Source: an uncultured Clostridia bacterium
Lineage (GTDB): Bacteria; Bacillota; Clostridia; Christensenellales; Borkfalkiaceae
DNA length: 52,656 bases
Reading direction: 5' to 3'
Assembly (NCBI GenBank): GCA_964393805.1
Contig: CAYMUQ010000001.1
Span: 1-52,656 of the forward strand
The position numbers were made by a program, and so were the translations under genes. The notes below the pieces were generated by a model. The model worked only from the letters and a program-made list of their open reading frames with translations, searched no databases and had not been told where the DNA came from. Positions 7,537 to 18,208 of this stretch are shown piece after piece. The stretch's first letter is position 1, and each line of letters starts with the position of its first letter.

Positions 7537-9693
7537 CTATGCCTGTTTTTTATTCACCTGCTTTATAGAAAGTCCTATTCTCTGCTTTTTGACGTCGAGG
7601 TTTATTATTACCGCCTTTACTCTCTGTCCGACTTTGAGAACGTCCGAGGGATGCTTTATGTATCTGTCGGTTATTTCCGAGACGTGAACAAGTCCGTCCT
7701 GATGTACTCCTATGTCGATAAACGCGCCGAAATCTATGACGTTTCTTACCGAGCCTTCCACTACCATACCTACGGACAAGTCCTCTATGGTAAGAATATC
7801 TCTTCTGAGAACGGGAGCGGGCAGACTGTCTCTTATGTCCCTGCCGGGCTTTAAAAGCTCGGAAACTATATCGTTCATCGTCGCTTTATCGAGCGAACAG
7901 TACTCCGCCGCCTTACTCTCGCCGAACTCCTTAATCTTCTGCGGCAAATCTTTGATATTGCCGTCTTTGACGTCGTCTTCGGTATAGCCGAACAGACCCA
8001 AAAGCTTTTCGGCTTTTTCATAGCTCTCGGGGTGTACAGCCGTATTGTCGAATATGTTTTTACCTTCGGGTATACGCAAAAAGCCCGCGCACTGCTCGTA
8101 CGCCTTCGCACCTAACTTGGGTACTTTGAGAAGCTGACGCCTCTCCTTGAATTTTCCGTTTTCCTCGCGGTAGGCAACAATATTTTTTGCAACGCCCATA
8201 TTGAGACCTGCGACGTACTTCAAAAGATACGCACTTGCGGTATTGAGGTCGACGCCGACGCTGTTTACGCAGTCCTCCAAAACGCCGCCTAAAACGGCGT
8301 CAAGGCGCTTTTTATCCATATCGTGCTGATACTGTCCGACGCCTATGGACTTGGGGTCTATCTTGATAAGCTCGGCAAGAGGGTCCTGCAACCTTCTTGC
8401 AATGGAAATTGCCGAACGCTTTGTAAGGTCGTAATCGGGAAATTCCTCTACGGCTATCGGGCTTGCCGAATAGACGCTGGCGCCCGCCTCGCTGACTACT
8501 GCGTACGCAACGGGGCGTTCAACTTCTTTCAGAAGTTCGGCAACGAATATTTCGGTCTCCTTACCCGCCGTACCGTTGCCTATGGATATAACGTCCACCG
8601 AGTGCTTTTTAATCAAGTCTTTTATTATCTTTTTGCTCTCATCTATTTTGTTATGAGGGGGCACGGGATAGATAACCGAAGTATCCAAAACCTTGCCCGT
8701 ATCGTCGACTACCGCCACCTTACAGCCGGTGCGGTAACCGGGGTCCAAGCCCAAAGTTACCTTGCCCTTTACGGGGGGCTGTAACAAAAGGGGACGAAGA
8801 TTGACCTCGAACATCTTTATCGCCTGCTCGCTTGCTTTGTCGGTCATAATAGCGCGCACCTCGCGCTCGACCGACGGCTGTATAAGTCTGTCGTAACCGT
8901 CGCTGACCGCCTCCGTAATAAGGTCGGCGCAGGCACCCTTGCTCTTTACGTATTTGACGGCGCATACGCGCTTTGCCATATCCGCGTCAAAAGCGATTTT
9001 TACGCGCAGACACTCCTCTTTTTCACCGCGGTTGATTGCGAGTATTCTGTGATTTTTGATTTCGGAAATAAGCTCGGAATGATCGGCGTACATATCGTAA
9101 GTGCCCTTGCCGTCATCCTTTATGAGTTTGACCTGTATCTCGCCGTGGTTTTCAAATAGAGAACGGAGCTTTTTGCGAAGTTCCGCGTTATCGGAAACTA
9201 TTTCGGCTATTATATCCTTCGCGCCCTGAATAGCGTCCGCGGCGCTTCCCACCTCTTTTTCTTCGCTTACGTATTTTTCAGCCTCTACGTAAGGGTCGCC
9301 GTTCTGAGCTAAAATAAAGTCGGCGAGAGGCTGTAAGCCCTTTGCAATAGCAACCGAGGCTCTCGTCTTTTTCTTCTGCTTATAGGGGCGGTACACGTCC
9401 TCGACTTCGGTCATCGTGACGCAAGCCGAGATAGCATCAGCTATCTCCTCAGTCATTTTACCCTGCTCCTCTATTGCGGACGCAACCTCCGCCTTGCGCT
9501 TTTCGAGGTTCTTTAAGTACTCGTACCTATCGGCAAACGAACGCAGAACCTGATCGTCTATCGCTCCCGTCATCTCCTTGCGGTAACGGGCGATAAAGGG
9601 TATCGTGTTGCCCTCGTCCAAAAGGTTTACCACGTTGTTTGCGTGGTCGCCTCTTAACTGAAATTCTTCCGTAAGCTTTGCAACTATGTCCAT
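7537..9693 (-). CDS. tex: Tex-like transcription accessory protein (S1 RNA-binding domain protein)
   Basis: 718 aa. N-terminal IPFIARYRKE motif. Central YqgF/RuvC-like and HhH regions. C-terminal S1 domain (GSVRNVIDFGAFIDIG...GLVHVSE). Confidence 0.9.
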   Translation of the reverse strand: MDIVAKLTEEFQLRGDHANNVVNLLDEGNTIPFIARYRKEMTGAIDDQVLRSFADRYEYLKNLEKRKAEVASAIEEQGKMTEEIADAISACVTMTEVEDVYRPYKQKKKTRASVAIAKGLQPLADFILAQNGDPYVEAEKYVSEEKEVGSAADAIQGAKDIIAEIVSDNAELRKKLRSLFENHGEIQVKLIKDDGKGTYDMYADHSELISEIKNHRILAINRGEKEECLRVKIAFDADMAKRVCAVKYVKSKGACADLITEAVSDGYDRLIQPSVEREVRAIMTDKASEQAIKMFEVNLRPLLLQPPVKGKVTLGLDPGYRTGCKVAVVDDTGKVLDTSVIYPVPPHNKIDESKKIIKDLIKKHSVDVISIGNGTAGKETEIFVAELLKEVERPVAYAVVSEAGASVYSASPIAVEEFPDYDLTKRSAISIARRLQDPLAELIKIDPKSIGVGQYQHDMDKKRLDAVLGGVLEDCVNSVGVDLNTASAYLLKYVAGLNMGVAKNIVAYREENGKFKERRQLLKVPKLGAKAYEQCAGFLRIPEGKNIFDNTAVHPESYEKAEKLLGLFGYTEDDVKDGNIKDLPQKIKEFGESKAAEYCSLDKATMNDIVSELLKPGRDIRDSLPAPVLRRDILTIEDLSVGMVVEGSVRNVIDFGAFIDIGVHQDGLVHVSEITDRYIKHPSDVLKVGQRVKAVIINLDVKKQRIGLSIKQVNKKQA

Positions 9694-10373
9694 TATCTTT
9701 TTAAACCTCTGAGATAATTTTTCTTATCGTCTGTAATTCTAAAGCTTTCACAAGCTTTTACTATCGCCTTGTTTACCGTTTTTTTACCGATTGCGGTATT
9801 TTGCAAAAATTCCACGCCTTTATCGTAATGCTTTACGAGCACCTCGGCAATCAGCCACGCCGCCGCCATATGGACGTAATAATAGTCCGTATTTGCTCTT
9901 TCGACAAAGTCGAAAATTACGCCTAAATACTGCTCCTCTACGTAAAACTGTAATAAAGTCGTGAGTGCGTACCGCTGATAAAATTCCCTGCCGTCCGCCA
10001 TAAATTTTTGAATATAATTCAAAAAATCTTCCCTGTTACTCTTTATGCACTTTGCCGAGAAGCAGTCGCACAACGCCCAGTTGTCGATAAGGGCTACGCA
10101 GTCCTCTACTTCCGCTTTAAAGCTTTCGTACGGAAGGAGCGCGGCAGCCGAGAGCTTGATAAACTTTACTTCGTAATACTCGTCGGCGAAGGTTTTGACC
10201 TCGTCGAAGTAGGGGAAATATTTTTTGGCAAGCTTGCGCAAGGTCGGTACTCTTACTCCCAAAACACGGAAGTCACCCTCGCCCAAAAGTCTTGAATGAA
10301 ACCGAGCGTATTCGGCTTCCGAATATGTATTCAAATCATTTAAAAGCTCTTCGTAGAGCGTCGTACCATTCAT
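9693..10373 (-). CDS. DNA alkylation repair protein (AlkD-like HEAT-repeat family)
   Basis: 226 aa, all-helical. The pattern ...FHSRLL...LGVRVPTLRKLAK... is typical of the DNA_alkylation family. The ATG at 10373 overlaps the upstream gene by 38 nt. An alternative TTG at 10334 would remove the overlap. Confidence 0.65.
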   Translation of the reverse strand: MNGTTLYEELLNDLNTYSEAEYARFHSRLLGEGDFRVLGVRVPTLRKLAKKYFPYFDEVKTFADEYYEVKFIKLSAAALLPYESFKAEVEDCVALIDNWALCDCFSAKCIKSNREDFLNYIQKFMADGREFYQRYALTTLLQFYVEEQYLGVIFDFVERANTDYYYVHMAAAWLIAEVLVKHYDKGVEFLQNTAIGKKTVNKAIVKACESFRITDDKKNYLRGLKR

Positions 10374-10815
10374 CGTCTTTTCTTCTCGCGTTGGCGGGGC
10401 TTGTGGAAGGTAGTTTTAAATAAGGCAGACCAATTCCGCCGTAATGCTTTTCGAAAATAGTAAAAGCCCGTCCGCCGTTTATAATTATACACGAAACGGA
10501 CGAGTTTTGCAAGACTTCCGACAAATTTGCCACCTTATAATTTTTAATGGTTTCATCGCGGCTGCCGACTATTTCGCACTCGGTGACAATATCCCAAAGC
10601 GCGACTTTATTGCGCAATAAAAACGCCTTCTTTTCCTCAACGTCCGAGGGCTTATCCTCGCCGAAAAACGTAGACAGTATCCGCCAGAACGCGTTTTGCG
10701 GGTGTCCGTAGTAAAAGCTCTGCTCGCGGCTCTTTACCGACGGAAAACTGCCGAGAATAAGCACCCTGCTTTCCCGGTCGAAGAACGGCTCGAAGCCCTT
10801 TACAAGCCCGCTCAT
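10336..10815 (-). CDS. DNA-deoxyinosine (hypoxanthine) glycosylase, UDG superfamily
   Basis: 159 aa. The motif LILGSFPSVKS...YYGHPQNAFW is characteristic of this small UDG-family branch. 4-nt overlap with the upstream M16 gene. Confidence 0.7.
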   Translation of the reverse strand: MSGLVKGFEPFFDRESRVLILGSFPSVKSREQSFYYGHPQNAFWRILSTFFGEDKPSDVEEKKAFLLRNKVALWDIVTECEIVGSRDETIKNYKVANLSEVLQNSSVSCIIINGGRAFTIFEKHYGGIGLPYLKLPSTSPANARRKDDEWYDALRRAFK

Positions 10816-12047
10816 TTTATCGGCTTGTCCACGTTGCCGACGACTGCGGTCGCCTTATATTTATCGTCGAAATTGTACTTAATCGCCTCGTAGACGTCGT
10901 CCAAAGTCACGGCGTTGAGCTCGTTCATACGCCTTTCAAAATCATAGATTTTGCCCGTGTATATAAGCTCCTTGCCGTACAAGAGCATCTGCGAGCTGGT
11001 ATTTTCCTGTGCAAAGACCAAAGAAGCCGTGAGCTGTTCCTTGCCGCGTCTGAACTCCTCGTTCGAAATATTTTTCTTTTTAACGCCCTCGATACACTCG
11101 TAAATAGCGTCCACCGACTTTTGGTAGTTTTCGGCGTTTACTCCGGCGTAGACGGTCAGCGCGCCCGACTGCTCGTACGACGAAAGATATGAATAGACCG
11201 TGTATGCAAGTCCGAGCTTTTCGCGCACGGTCTGGAACAGCCGCGACGACATACTGCCGCCCAAAACGGCGTTCATTATCTGTGTCGCGTCGGACAGCTT
11301 TTCGTACCTTTTGAACGAAGGGTATGCAATAGCGATATGCACCTGCTCTATATCTTTCTTTTTGAATAAATTGCCAGACTTTAAGCTGACGTTCAAGGGG
11401 CGCGGTTCGAGTTCTCTTGCCGGCATTTCCGAAAAATATTTGATTACCAGCTTTTCGGCAAGCTCGAAGCTTATATTTCCCGCCATTGAAATGACTATAT
11501 TATCGGGAGTGTAGCGCGAGGACAGGTAAGCTTTTATATCATTTTTGGTAAAGCCTTTGACGTTGCTCTTCGTGCCGAGTATGTTTCTGCCGTAGTTCTC
11601 CTCGCCGAAAAACGCCCTTGAAAGAAGGTCGAGACACAAATCGTCGGGGGTGTCCTCGTTCATAGAAATTTCTTCGATAACCACTCCCTTTTCACGCTCC
11701 ATTTCATCGTCGGGGAAGGTACTGTTCAAAAACAGGTCAGAAAGAATTTCAAAAGCTTCCTCCGCGTGATTGGAAGTAGACTTTGCATAATAACAGGTTA
11801 AATCCTTACTCGTAAAAGCGTTTACCTGAGCGCCGATTGCGTCCATAGAATCGGATATCTGAAAAGCGGTACGCTTGTCCGTACCCTTGAACATCATATG
11901 TTCGATAAAGTGCGATATGCCGTCCTCTTCGGCGGTTTCATAGCACGCGCCCGTACCCGCGATTATACCCATTGAAACGGACAAAAGTCCGCTCATTTCC
12001 TTAACTATCAGTCTTACTCCGTTTTCAAGCTTTTTAAAGTGTACCAT
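10812..12047 (-). CDS. M16 family zinc peptidase (pitrilysin-like; MlpA/YmxG-like)
   Basis: HxxEH zinc motif HFIEHMMFKG. The ORF-track start at 12281 adds 78 junk residues that overlap the upstream gene. The ATG at 12047 (MVHFKKLENG...) has the RBS GAGAGGAAA. Pairing with a deacetylase mirrors B. subtilis ylxY-mlpA synteny. Confidence 0.85.
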   Translation of the reverse strand: MVHFKKLENGVRLIVKEMSGLLSVSMGIIAGTGACYETAEEDGISHFIEHMMFKGTDKRTAFQISDSMDAIGAQVNAFTSKDLTCYYAKSTSNHAEEAFEILSDLFLNSTFPDDEMEREKGVVIEEISMNEDTPDDLCLDLLSRAFFGEENYGRNILGTKSNVKGFTKNDIKAYLSSRYTPDNIVISMAGNISFELAEKLVIKYFSEMPARELEPRPLNVSLKSGNLFKKKDIEQVHIAIAYPSFKRYEKLSDATQIMNAVLGGSMSSRLFQTVREKLGLAYTVYSYLSSYEQSGALTVYAGVNAENYQKSVDAIYECIEGVKKKNISNEEFRRGKEQLTASLVFAQENTSSQMLLYGKELIYTGKIYDFERRMNELNAVTLDDVYEAIKYNFDDKYKATAVVGNVDKPIK

Positions 12048-12082
12048 ATATTTCCTCTCGGTTTCTTCAAGAAGAAGGGCTC

Positions 12083-12784
12083 TTATTCTCCAATATTTGC
12101 GGATACCGTAACTGCGGATAAGCCGTTCTTCTCTATGTATTTCAATATCTCGGGAAGCGCCTTTACGCTGACTTCCATAGGATGCATTAAAATAAACTCG
12201 CCGCTTTCGAGGTTTTGCGTTGCGCGTTTGGTTATGGTTGCAACGTCCTTGTCGCGCCAGTCTATCGTGTCCCTGCTCCACATAATAGTTTTGAGGTTCA
12301 GCGAAGCGGCGGCGGTAACGGTGGCATCGCAGTACGCGCCAGAGGGCGGCGCAAACAGAGAAATCTCTTCGCCGAGTACCGCATTTAAAAATTTAACCGA
12401 CGGTCTGATTTCGGCGAGGTTCTCCTCGTAATTCATCTTCGAGTGATCCTTATGGAAATAGCCATGGGAACCTATTCCGTGTCCGCGCTTATGAATTTCG
12501 CGTACGCAGTCGACGTTGTCGTCCGCCCAGCAACCGCCGAGAAAAAAGGTCGCCTTTGCGGAGTGTTCGTCGAGAATATCCAAAATTTTATACACGTTAT
12601 CGGTGTTCTGATAGACGTTGAACATCAAACTTACGCCGTTTGCCTTTTCGGATTTGTAATAGACGTTTTCACCGTCCGAAGTGACCTGGGTCGCCTCTCC
12701 CTTGACGAACCCTACGAGACACACGCAAGCTATTACGGCGCACAGCGCCACGTTTACTATAATCGATACGACTTTGCCTTTCAA
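12083..12784 (-). CDS. Polysaccharide deacetylase (NodB homology; YlxY/PdaB-like)
   Basis: 233 aa. N-terminal TM/signal anchor. NodB-type motifs FFLGGCWADDN and HGIGSHGYFH. TTG start at 12784 with RBS AAGGGG. Confidence 0.8.
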   Translation of the reverse strand: MKGKVVSIIVNVALCAVIACVCLVGFVKGEATQVTSDGENVYYKSEKANGVSLMFNVYQNTDNVYKILDILDEHSAKATFFLGGCWADDNVDCVREIHKRGHGIGSHGYFHKDHSKMNYEENLAEIRPSVKFLNAVLGEEISLFAPPSGAYCDATVTAAASLNLKTIMWSRDTIDWRDKDVATITKRATQNLESGEFILMHPMEVSVKALPEILKYIEKNGLSAVTVSANIGE

Positions 12785-12876
12785 CAGTTTGCCCCTTAAA
12801 ATAAAATACTATTACTATTTTATTGAAGGCATTTCCCTATAATGACCGTAAAAAACAATCGCCGCGTTTAATTTTA

Positions 12877-15252
12877 TTATCTTAGCGTGACTATGGTTAC
12901 TCCGCTTTCGCCCTCTCCGTACGCGCCGAGGCGGTACTCCTTTACGCCCCTGTGACTTTTAAGTCTCTGCGCTATGGCGGAACGGAGCTTGCCCGTACCC
13001 ATTCCGTGAATTATTTTGACCTGCTCTAAATTATCGGTTATGGCTTTGTCGAGGAAATTTTCAACCTCGTATAAAGCTTCTTCCACGGTCATACCTATGA
13101 CGTTAATTTCGAGCTCGGGCGCGGATGGCGCGAACCTTTTATTTACCTTTACGTTTTTCGCCGTCTTCTTTGATATTTGGTTACGGGGGGCTTGCGGCGC
13201 GTACTTTAACAGAGATGCTTTAACGTGCATTTTGACGTTTCCGCAGAGGACTTCCGCCTCACCCTTGTTTTTATTGTAAGATAATACCGTGCCGTTACTT
13301 TGTAAGCTTTCGACGAAAACCTGCTGTCCGACTTTGAGTTTGTCGGGCTCGACGGGCGCGTAGGTAACAGGGATGTTTTCCTCGTCGAGAAGGTACGCCT
13401 CGTCTTTAAGCTTATTTTTAAGCGTACGCGCCTTTATTAAATCGGACTGCGAAATTTCCTCTTTTTTAAAGATTTCCTCAATCTCCGTAAGAAGCTGCTC
13501 GGCACGTTCCGTGCGCTCGTTTACTATTCTGCGCGTTTCGGCGCGGGCGGAGACGGTAAGCGACTTTCTCTCCTTCTCCAAAGCGGCGAGATTTTTCTTT
13601 ACCTCCTCGCTCTTCTCGCTCCATTCGCGCTCGGACTTTTCAGCTCTCGCCCTCGCCTCGTCTGCGGCGATGCGGCTCTCTTCGGCACGCTTTAAAATAT
13701 TGTCGTAGGCGCGACCCTCGTCGGAGAGGAATCCCTCGGCTTTTTCGAGTATGTCGGAAGGCATACCCAATCTGCGCGAAATGGCGAGCGCGTTGCTTGC
13801 GCCCGCAAGACCTATCTTTATCGAATACAGCGGCTTTAAGGTTGCGCCGTCGAACTGCATCGCGGCATTTTCCATACCTTTAAGCGAGTATGCAAATTCC
13901 TTTAAAGTCGTAAAATGGGTGGTAACTATGCCGTGGCTATTGACGTTTATAAGGTGTTCGCACACCGCCTTTGCAATTGCCTGCCCCTCGTCGGGATTGG
14001 TACCGCCGCCCAACTCGTCGATAAGCACGAGGCTGTCATTATCCGCTTCTTCGCAGATTGAAACGACGTTGGTCATATGGCTTGAAAAGGTCGATAAACT
14101 CTCCTCTATACTCTGGCTGTCGCCGACGTCGCAAAAGACTTTGGAAAAGGCGCAGACCTCGCTTCCGCTTGCCGCGGGAATAAACAGTCCGCACTCCGCC
14201 ATGAGACAGAAAAGTCCGACCATTTTCAAAGTTACAGTCTTGCCGCCCGTGTTCGCGCCGCTCAAAAGTAAATAGGTATAGTCCTTGCCAAGCTGTACAG
14301 AAACAGGCACTACTTTGTCCTTGTCTATAAGAGGGTGACGCCCTTTTATAATGTCGATATATCCGCGTTTATTTACCTGCGGGCAAGTCGCTTTTATCGA
14401 ATAGCCGTACTCGGCTCTTGCAAAGTAAGTGTCCATTTGCGTGAGCACTTCGGCGTCCGCTTCAAGTCTTTCGCGCATTGCGCCAACCCTTGCCGACAGC
14501 GCCTTTAATATGCGCTCGACTTCTTCCTTTTCGTCTATGGATAGAGCGATAAGTTCGTTGTTGAGATTGAGTATATATTCGGGCTCTATAAAGAAGGTCG
14601 CGCCCGACTGGGAACGGTCGTGGACGAAGCCTTTGACCCTTCCTTTATATTCGGCTTTGACGGGTATTACGTACCTGTCGTTTCTTATGGTGACGATACC
14701 TTCCTGCAAGTACTCCTTATCCTTTCCCGAGGCGTACTCGGAAAGGCTCGCCCTTATTTTTTCGTTGAGATTTTTTATCCTCGATCGAATTGAAAACAGA
14801 GCGTCGCTCGCATAGTCGCTGACCTGCTCGGAGGAGATAATTTTACTTTGAATGTCCTCTTCTAAATTTTCGTCGAAGTACAGCTTTGAAGCAAGCTCCT
14901 TCATTCCCGAAACTTCGCCGTCGTCGACACCCGATATAGATTGATACGCAGACCGCGCGGAACGCAAAAGGCAGTTGACGTCCAAAAGCTCCCCGCACGA
15001 GAGCGCCGCGCCTTTTGACGCGCGGATTAAGTTATCGGTAACGTCGGGGAAATACTCCACCTTGCCCACGCCGAGTTTAAAGAGCAGTCTGTCGCACTCC
15101 GATGTAAGCGCAAGCCGCGCACGCACTTCCTTTAACTCGCCCGTCGGCTTCAACGAAATTATCGCATCTTTCGAGGAATTGAGAACCGCAAAGGACGCGC
15201 ACAGAGCGAGTATTTTATTCAGTTCGAGTTTTACAATGCTGTCTTCGTTCAT
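12877..15252 (-). CDS. mutS2: Endonuclease MutS2 (MutS-family ATPase with C-terminal Smr domain)
   Basis: 791 aa. Walker A GANTGGKT. A long coiled-coil follows. C-terminal Smr domain (IIHGMGTGKLR). The ATG abuts the upstream stop. Confidence 0.9.
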   Translation of the reverse strand: MNEDSIVKLELNKILALCASFAVLNSSKDAIISLKPTGELKEVRARLALTSECDRLLFKLGVGKVEYFPDVTDNLIRASKGAALSCGELLDVNCLLRSARSAYQSISGVDDGEVSGMKELASKLYFDENLEEDIQSKIISSEQVSDYASDALFSIRSRIKNLNEKIRASLSEYASGKDKEYLQEGIVTIRNDRYVIPVKAEYKGRVKGFVHDRSQSGATFFIEPEYILNLNNELIALSIDEKEEVERILKALSARVGAMRERLEADAEVLTQMDTYFARAEYGYSIKATCPQVNKRGYIDIIKGRHPLIDKDKVVPVSVQLGKDYTYLLLSGANTGGKTVTLKMVGLFCLMAECGLFIPAASGSEVCAFSKVFCDVGDSQSIEESLSTFSSHMTNVVSICEEADNDSLVLIDELGGGTNPDEGQAIAKAVCEHLINVNSHGIVTTHFTTLKEFAYSLKGMENAAMQFDGATLKPLYSIKIGLAGASNALAISRRLGMPSDILEKAEGFLSDEGRAYDNILKRAEESRIAADEARARAEKSEREWSEKSEEVKKNLAALEKERKSLTVSARAETRRIVNERTERAEQLLTEIEEIFKKEEISQSDLIKARTLKNKLKDEAYLLDEENIPVTYAPVEPDKLKVGQQVFVESLQSNGTVLSYNKNKGEAEVLCGNVKMHVKASLLKYAPQAPRNQISKKTAKNVKVNKRFAPSAPELEINVIGMTVEEALYEVENFLDKAITDNLEQVKIIHGMGTGKLRSAIAQRLKSHRGVKEYRLGAYGEGESGVTIVTLR

Positions 15253-17385
15253 TTACAAAACCGGCTTTTCGCCGTGTCCTTTCGTAGTATTGTTTGAGGT
15301 CGCCGTGCGCTCTAAAAGAACGCCGGTAAAATTATTGTTTAAATTGAGTTCCGCGCAGTTGAAAATTTCAAAGCGGCAGAACTCGCCTAACCTGTATCTT
15401 CTGAGATTGAACCCCCTCTTATTCTCGTCGGTTAAAACGTAGCTTGCGCGCATATCGCAGTTTTTACACGACCTGCCGAACTGACAGTAAATTAAATCCA
15501 TAACCTGTACCGCGCCGCACGTCAGATAGAAGGTGTTGTTTCGCGCGAGCGGCTTTGCCTCGTTTACCGTCAGCTCCTTGGAAAGAGCGATATAATCGGC
15601 TGTACATTTTGCAAGCGAGATATAGTTGAATATATTGAAGCCCGTGCCCGCGAACACTTTTTTATTCAGCTCTTTTGCAAGGGGTATTGCGTAGTACCCG
15701 CCGCTATATATGCCGTCGAAACGGCTTATTACGGGTTTCAGCCTTTTAATTTCGTCACCCGTGATAAAGGGAGGCAAATACAGAAGTTTTACGCCGTTGA
15801 AACCTTCGACCAAGCTTTGCAAATCAGCAAAATAGTCGTCGGGCTTAAGTACGCCGAGGTCGGCTTTTACGCCCTTTAAACTGCGTGCAATAACGCAAGT
15901 TTTGTTATTGTTTACAGCCGCTTCGGGCGCTTCGGGAAGGAGTAAAATTTTTTCTATTATTTTGTTGTTGTTTTTTGTAAGCCGCTCGTAAAAGTCCGCG
16001 TAAGCCTTGCGTCTGAACGCATTCAGAAGCGAGACGGGAACGAACGCGTTACGCCCCGTATTTATTTTTTCGTAGGTTACCGAAAACGGGTATTTGTCGA
16101 CCTTATCGAAACAGGTCTTAAAGTCCTGTTCGCTCATTGGTCTGCCGCTCGCCTCTTCGGCGGTAAAATCGGCAATAAATTCAATTCCGTTTACCGTCAC
16201 TTTGGGCGGTGCGCCGACCGCAAAATCTGCGGAAACGGTCACTTCGAACAGACGCTTTTTTTCGAGCAAAAGCTTGTTTGTGCGGGCGTCGGTTGTTATA
16301 AAAACCTTGTCGCCGTTTTTAAGCCTTGTAGAGCTTTTGATATAAAATCCGCCCTTGGCTACCCCGCCGTAAACCGCGCCGCAGAGCTCTGTTCCTTCGC
16401 GCAGAATTTTAAAGCCGTCACCCTCTCCGCAGGGCTTGTCGGTTCGGCAGAAATACTTGGAATTTACGACCGAGACCGCGCCGACGAACTCGCCTATGTG
16501 TCCCTGCACGGCGGAGGAGATAAAGCTCTTATCCTGCCCGAAGGCAAGACCTTTCGTATAATTACCTCTGTTATAGGTGCGCTTCAATGCGCTTAACTCT
16601 TTAACCGAGTTGCCGCCCGAGAGTATCTTTTTATAGTATCCCACCGCCGCGGAAACGTACTCGGGTCGTCTCATTCTGCCCTCGATTTTAAACGAGGTTA
16701 CCCCCGCATCTTTGAGCGCTTTTATATCCTCTCCCACCGACAAATCGGCAAGCGAAAGACGGTACGCATAATCTTTATAGCCGTCCCTGTCTATCGAGTA
16801 TTTTTTGCGGCAGGGCTGTTTGCATTTTCCGCGGTTGCCCGAGTTGCCGCCCGCAAAGGACGACAGATAGCACTGCCCCGAAAAACAGGTGCAGAGTGCG
16901 CCTTGAACGAACACCTCGGTCTCTATGATTTTTGCGATTTCCGCAATATCCTTTAAAGGCGTTTCGCGGGCAAGTATCACGCGGGAAAAGCCCAAGTCCT
17001 TTGCATACCTCGCGCCGTACGCGTTGCATACTCCCGCCTGCGTGGAAAGGTGCAGACAAATTTCGGGGTAATTCTCTTTGAGATACGCGCCGAGATAAAT
17101 GTCCTGTATTATGAGCGCGTCCGCGCCTAAGTTGTGAACCTTGACTGCGTTTTCGACAAATGATTTCAGCTCTCCGTCCTTGACGAGAGTATTCATCGCA
17201 ACGTAAATTTTTACACCGAAAAGGTGTGCGAAAGAGATGAGTTTTTCAAGCGCTTCGAACCCGAAATTTTCCGCACTGCTCCTCGCGGAAAAGGCGGTAA
17301 GTCCGAGATATACCGCGTCCGCTCCAGAATTTATTGCGGCGTACGCGCTTTTTTCGTCGCCTGCCGGCGCAAGTATTTCAGTCAT
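15253..17385 (-). CDS. Peptidase U32 family protein (long form with C-terminal extension)
   Basis: 710 aa. The U32 signature E-x-F-x2-G-A-L-C-x4-G-x-C-x-L-S is present as EVFVQGALCTCFSGQCYLSS. N-terminal EILAPAGD...AVYLG. Confidence 0.8.
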   Translation of the reverse strand: MTEILAPAGDEKSAYAAINSGADAVYLGLTAFSARSSAENFGFEALEKLISFAHLFGVKIYVAMNTLVKDGELKSFVENAVKVHNLGADALIIQDIYLGAYLKENYPEICLHLSTQAGVCNAYGARYAKDLGFSRVILARETPLKDIAEIAKIIETEVFVQGALCTCFSGQCYLSSFAGGNSGNRGKCKQPCRKKYSIDRDGYKDYAYRLSLADLSVGEDIKALKDAGVTSFKIEGRMRRPEYVSAAVGYYKKILSGGNSVKELSALKRTYNRGNYTKGLAFGQDKSFISSAVQGHIGEFVGAVSVVNSKYFCRTDKPCGEGDGFKILREGTELCGAVYGGVAKGGFYIKSSTRLKNGDKVFITTDARTNKLLLEKKRLFEVTVSADFAVGAPPKVTVNGIEFIADFTAEEASGRPMSEQDFKTCFDKVDKYPFSVTYEKINTGRNAFVPVSLLNAFRRKAYADFYERLTKNNNKIIEKILLLPEAPEAAVNNNKTCVIARSLKGVKADLGVLKPDDYFADLQSLVEGFNGVKLLYLPPFITGDEIKRLKPVISRFDGIYSGGYYAIPLAKELNKKVFAGTGFNIFNYISLAKCTADYIALSKELTVNEAKPLARNNTFYLTCGAVQVMDLIYCQFGRSCKNCDMRASYVLTDENKRGFNLRRYRLGEFCRFEIFNCAELNLNNNFTGVLLERTATSNNTTKGHGEKPVL

Positions 17386-18208
17386 TTTTATATCCGTATT
17401 CCTCTATGACTTTCGCAACGGCACCCTCGTCGTTGGTGACGGTTATAAGCTTTACTTTCTTTTTCAGTTCGTTTGACGCGTTGCCCACCGCCACGCCGCA
17501 GCCTGCGGTTTCGAGCATACTCAAGTCGTTTAAATTGTCGCCTACTGCGCAGGTTTTATCCATCGGAACGCCGTAATAGTCGGCAAGAAATTTGAGCGCC
17601 GCGCCCTTTGTCTCGCCGTATTGGGAGACCTCGATTAAAACGTTCGCACTGCAAGTGACGTCGTACCTGTCCCCGAGCATTTTTGAGATTTTTGCGTATA
17701 GTTCTTCCCTGTCGGCGGGTGCGCAAAGAGTGGCGAATTTACTGCATCTGAAATCGGAGCTTTTAAGAAAATCCGACAGCTTTTTTTCGCTATGTAAAGC
17801 CTTAACGCCTATAATGCTTTCGTACAGATTGAGATACTTGTCGTCTGCGGGCAGGTCGCTGTAAAAGTCGTAGTTGCCATACGCCTGAACGTTAATTCCA
17901 AGGCTCTCCAAGCCCTCGCATATTTCAGCCGCCTGACTGCGCGTAAAGCAAGTATCCTTTACAATCTTGCCGCTATCTATATCGGCGATTACCGAACCCT
18001 GCCCCGCTACGACAAGTCCTTTCAAATTCAGCTCGCGCAGTCTGTAAATTATCGCGCCTAATATTCGACCCGTGCATACGGCGAAAATTCCGCCGTCGCG
18101 TTCGTAGCGGTATATTGCATCCAAAACCTCGGGATTTATTTGGTTTTGCGAATTTGCGAGTGTTCCGTCGAAGTCCGAAACTATCAGTCTGCAATTCAAT
18201 TTCTTCAT
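17378..18208 (-). CDS. Cof-type HAD-IIB phosphatase
   Basis: HAD motif I is LIVSDFDGTL and motif IV is VGDNLNDLSM. The start is re-set to ATG 18208 (MKKLNCRL...), which forms an ATGA overlap with the uvrC stop. The ORF-track start at 18268 lies inside uvrC. Confidence 0.8.
   Translation of the reverse strand: MKKLNCRLIVSDFDGTLANSQNQINPEVLDAIYRYERDGGIFAVCTGRILGAIIYRLRELNLKGLVVAGQGSVIADIDSGKIVKDTCFTRSQAAEICEGLESLGINVQAYGNYDFYSDLPADDKYLNLYESIIGVKALHSEKKLSDFLKSSDFRCSKFATLCAPADREELYAKISKMLGDRYDVTCSANVLIEVSQYGETKGAALKFLADYYGVPMDKTCAVGDNLNDLSMLETAGCGVAVGNASNELKKKVKLITVTNDEGAVAKVIEEYGYKND

Noticed and set aside
12048-12281. N-terminal extensions in the ORF track. They affect the M16 peptidase (12281), HAD (18268), uvrC (20121), proS (22053), phosphohexomutase (22171), activase (30056), aminotransferase (38946) and the giant helicase (50903).
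   Set aside because: The extensions overlap upstream genes, terminators or promoters, lack RBSs, are Arg/Lys-rich junk, and homologous proteins begin at the internal Met. Starts were re-set accordingly.
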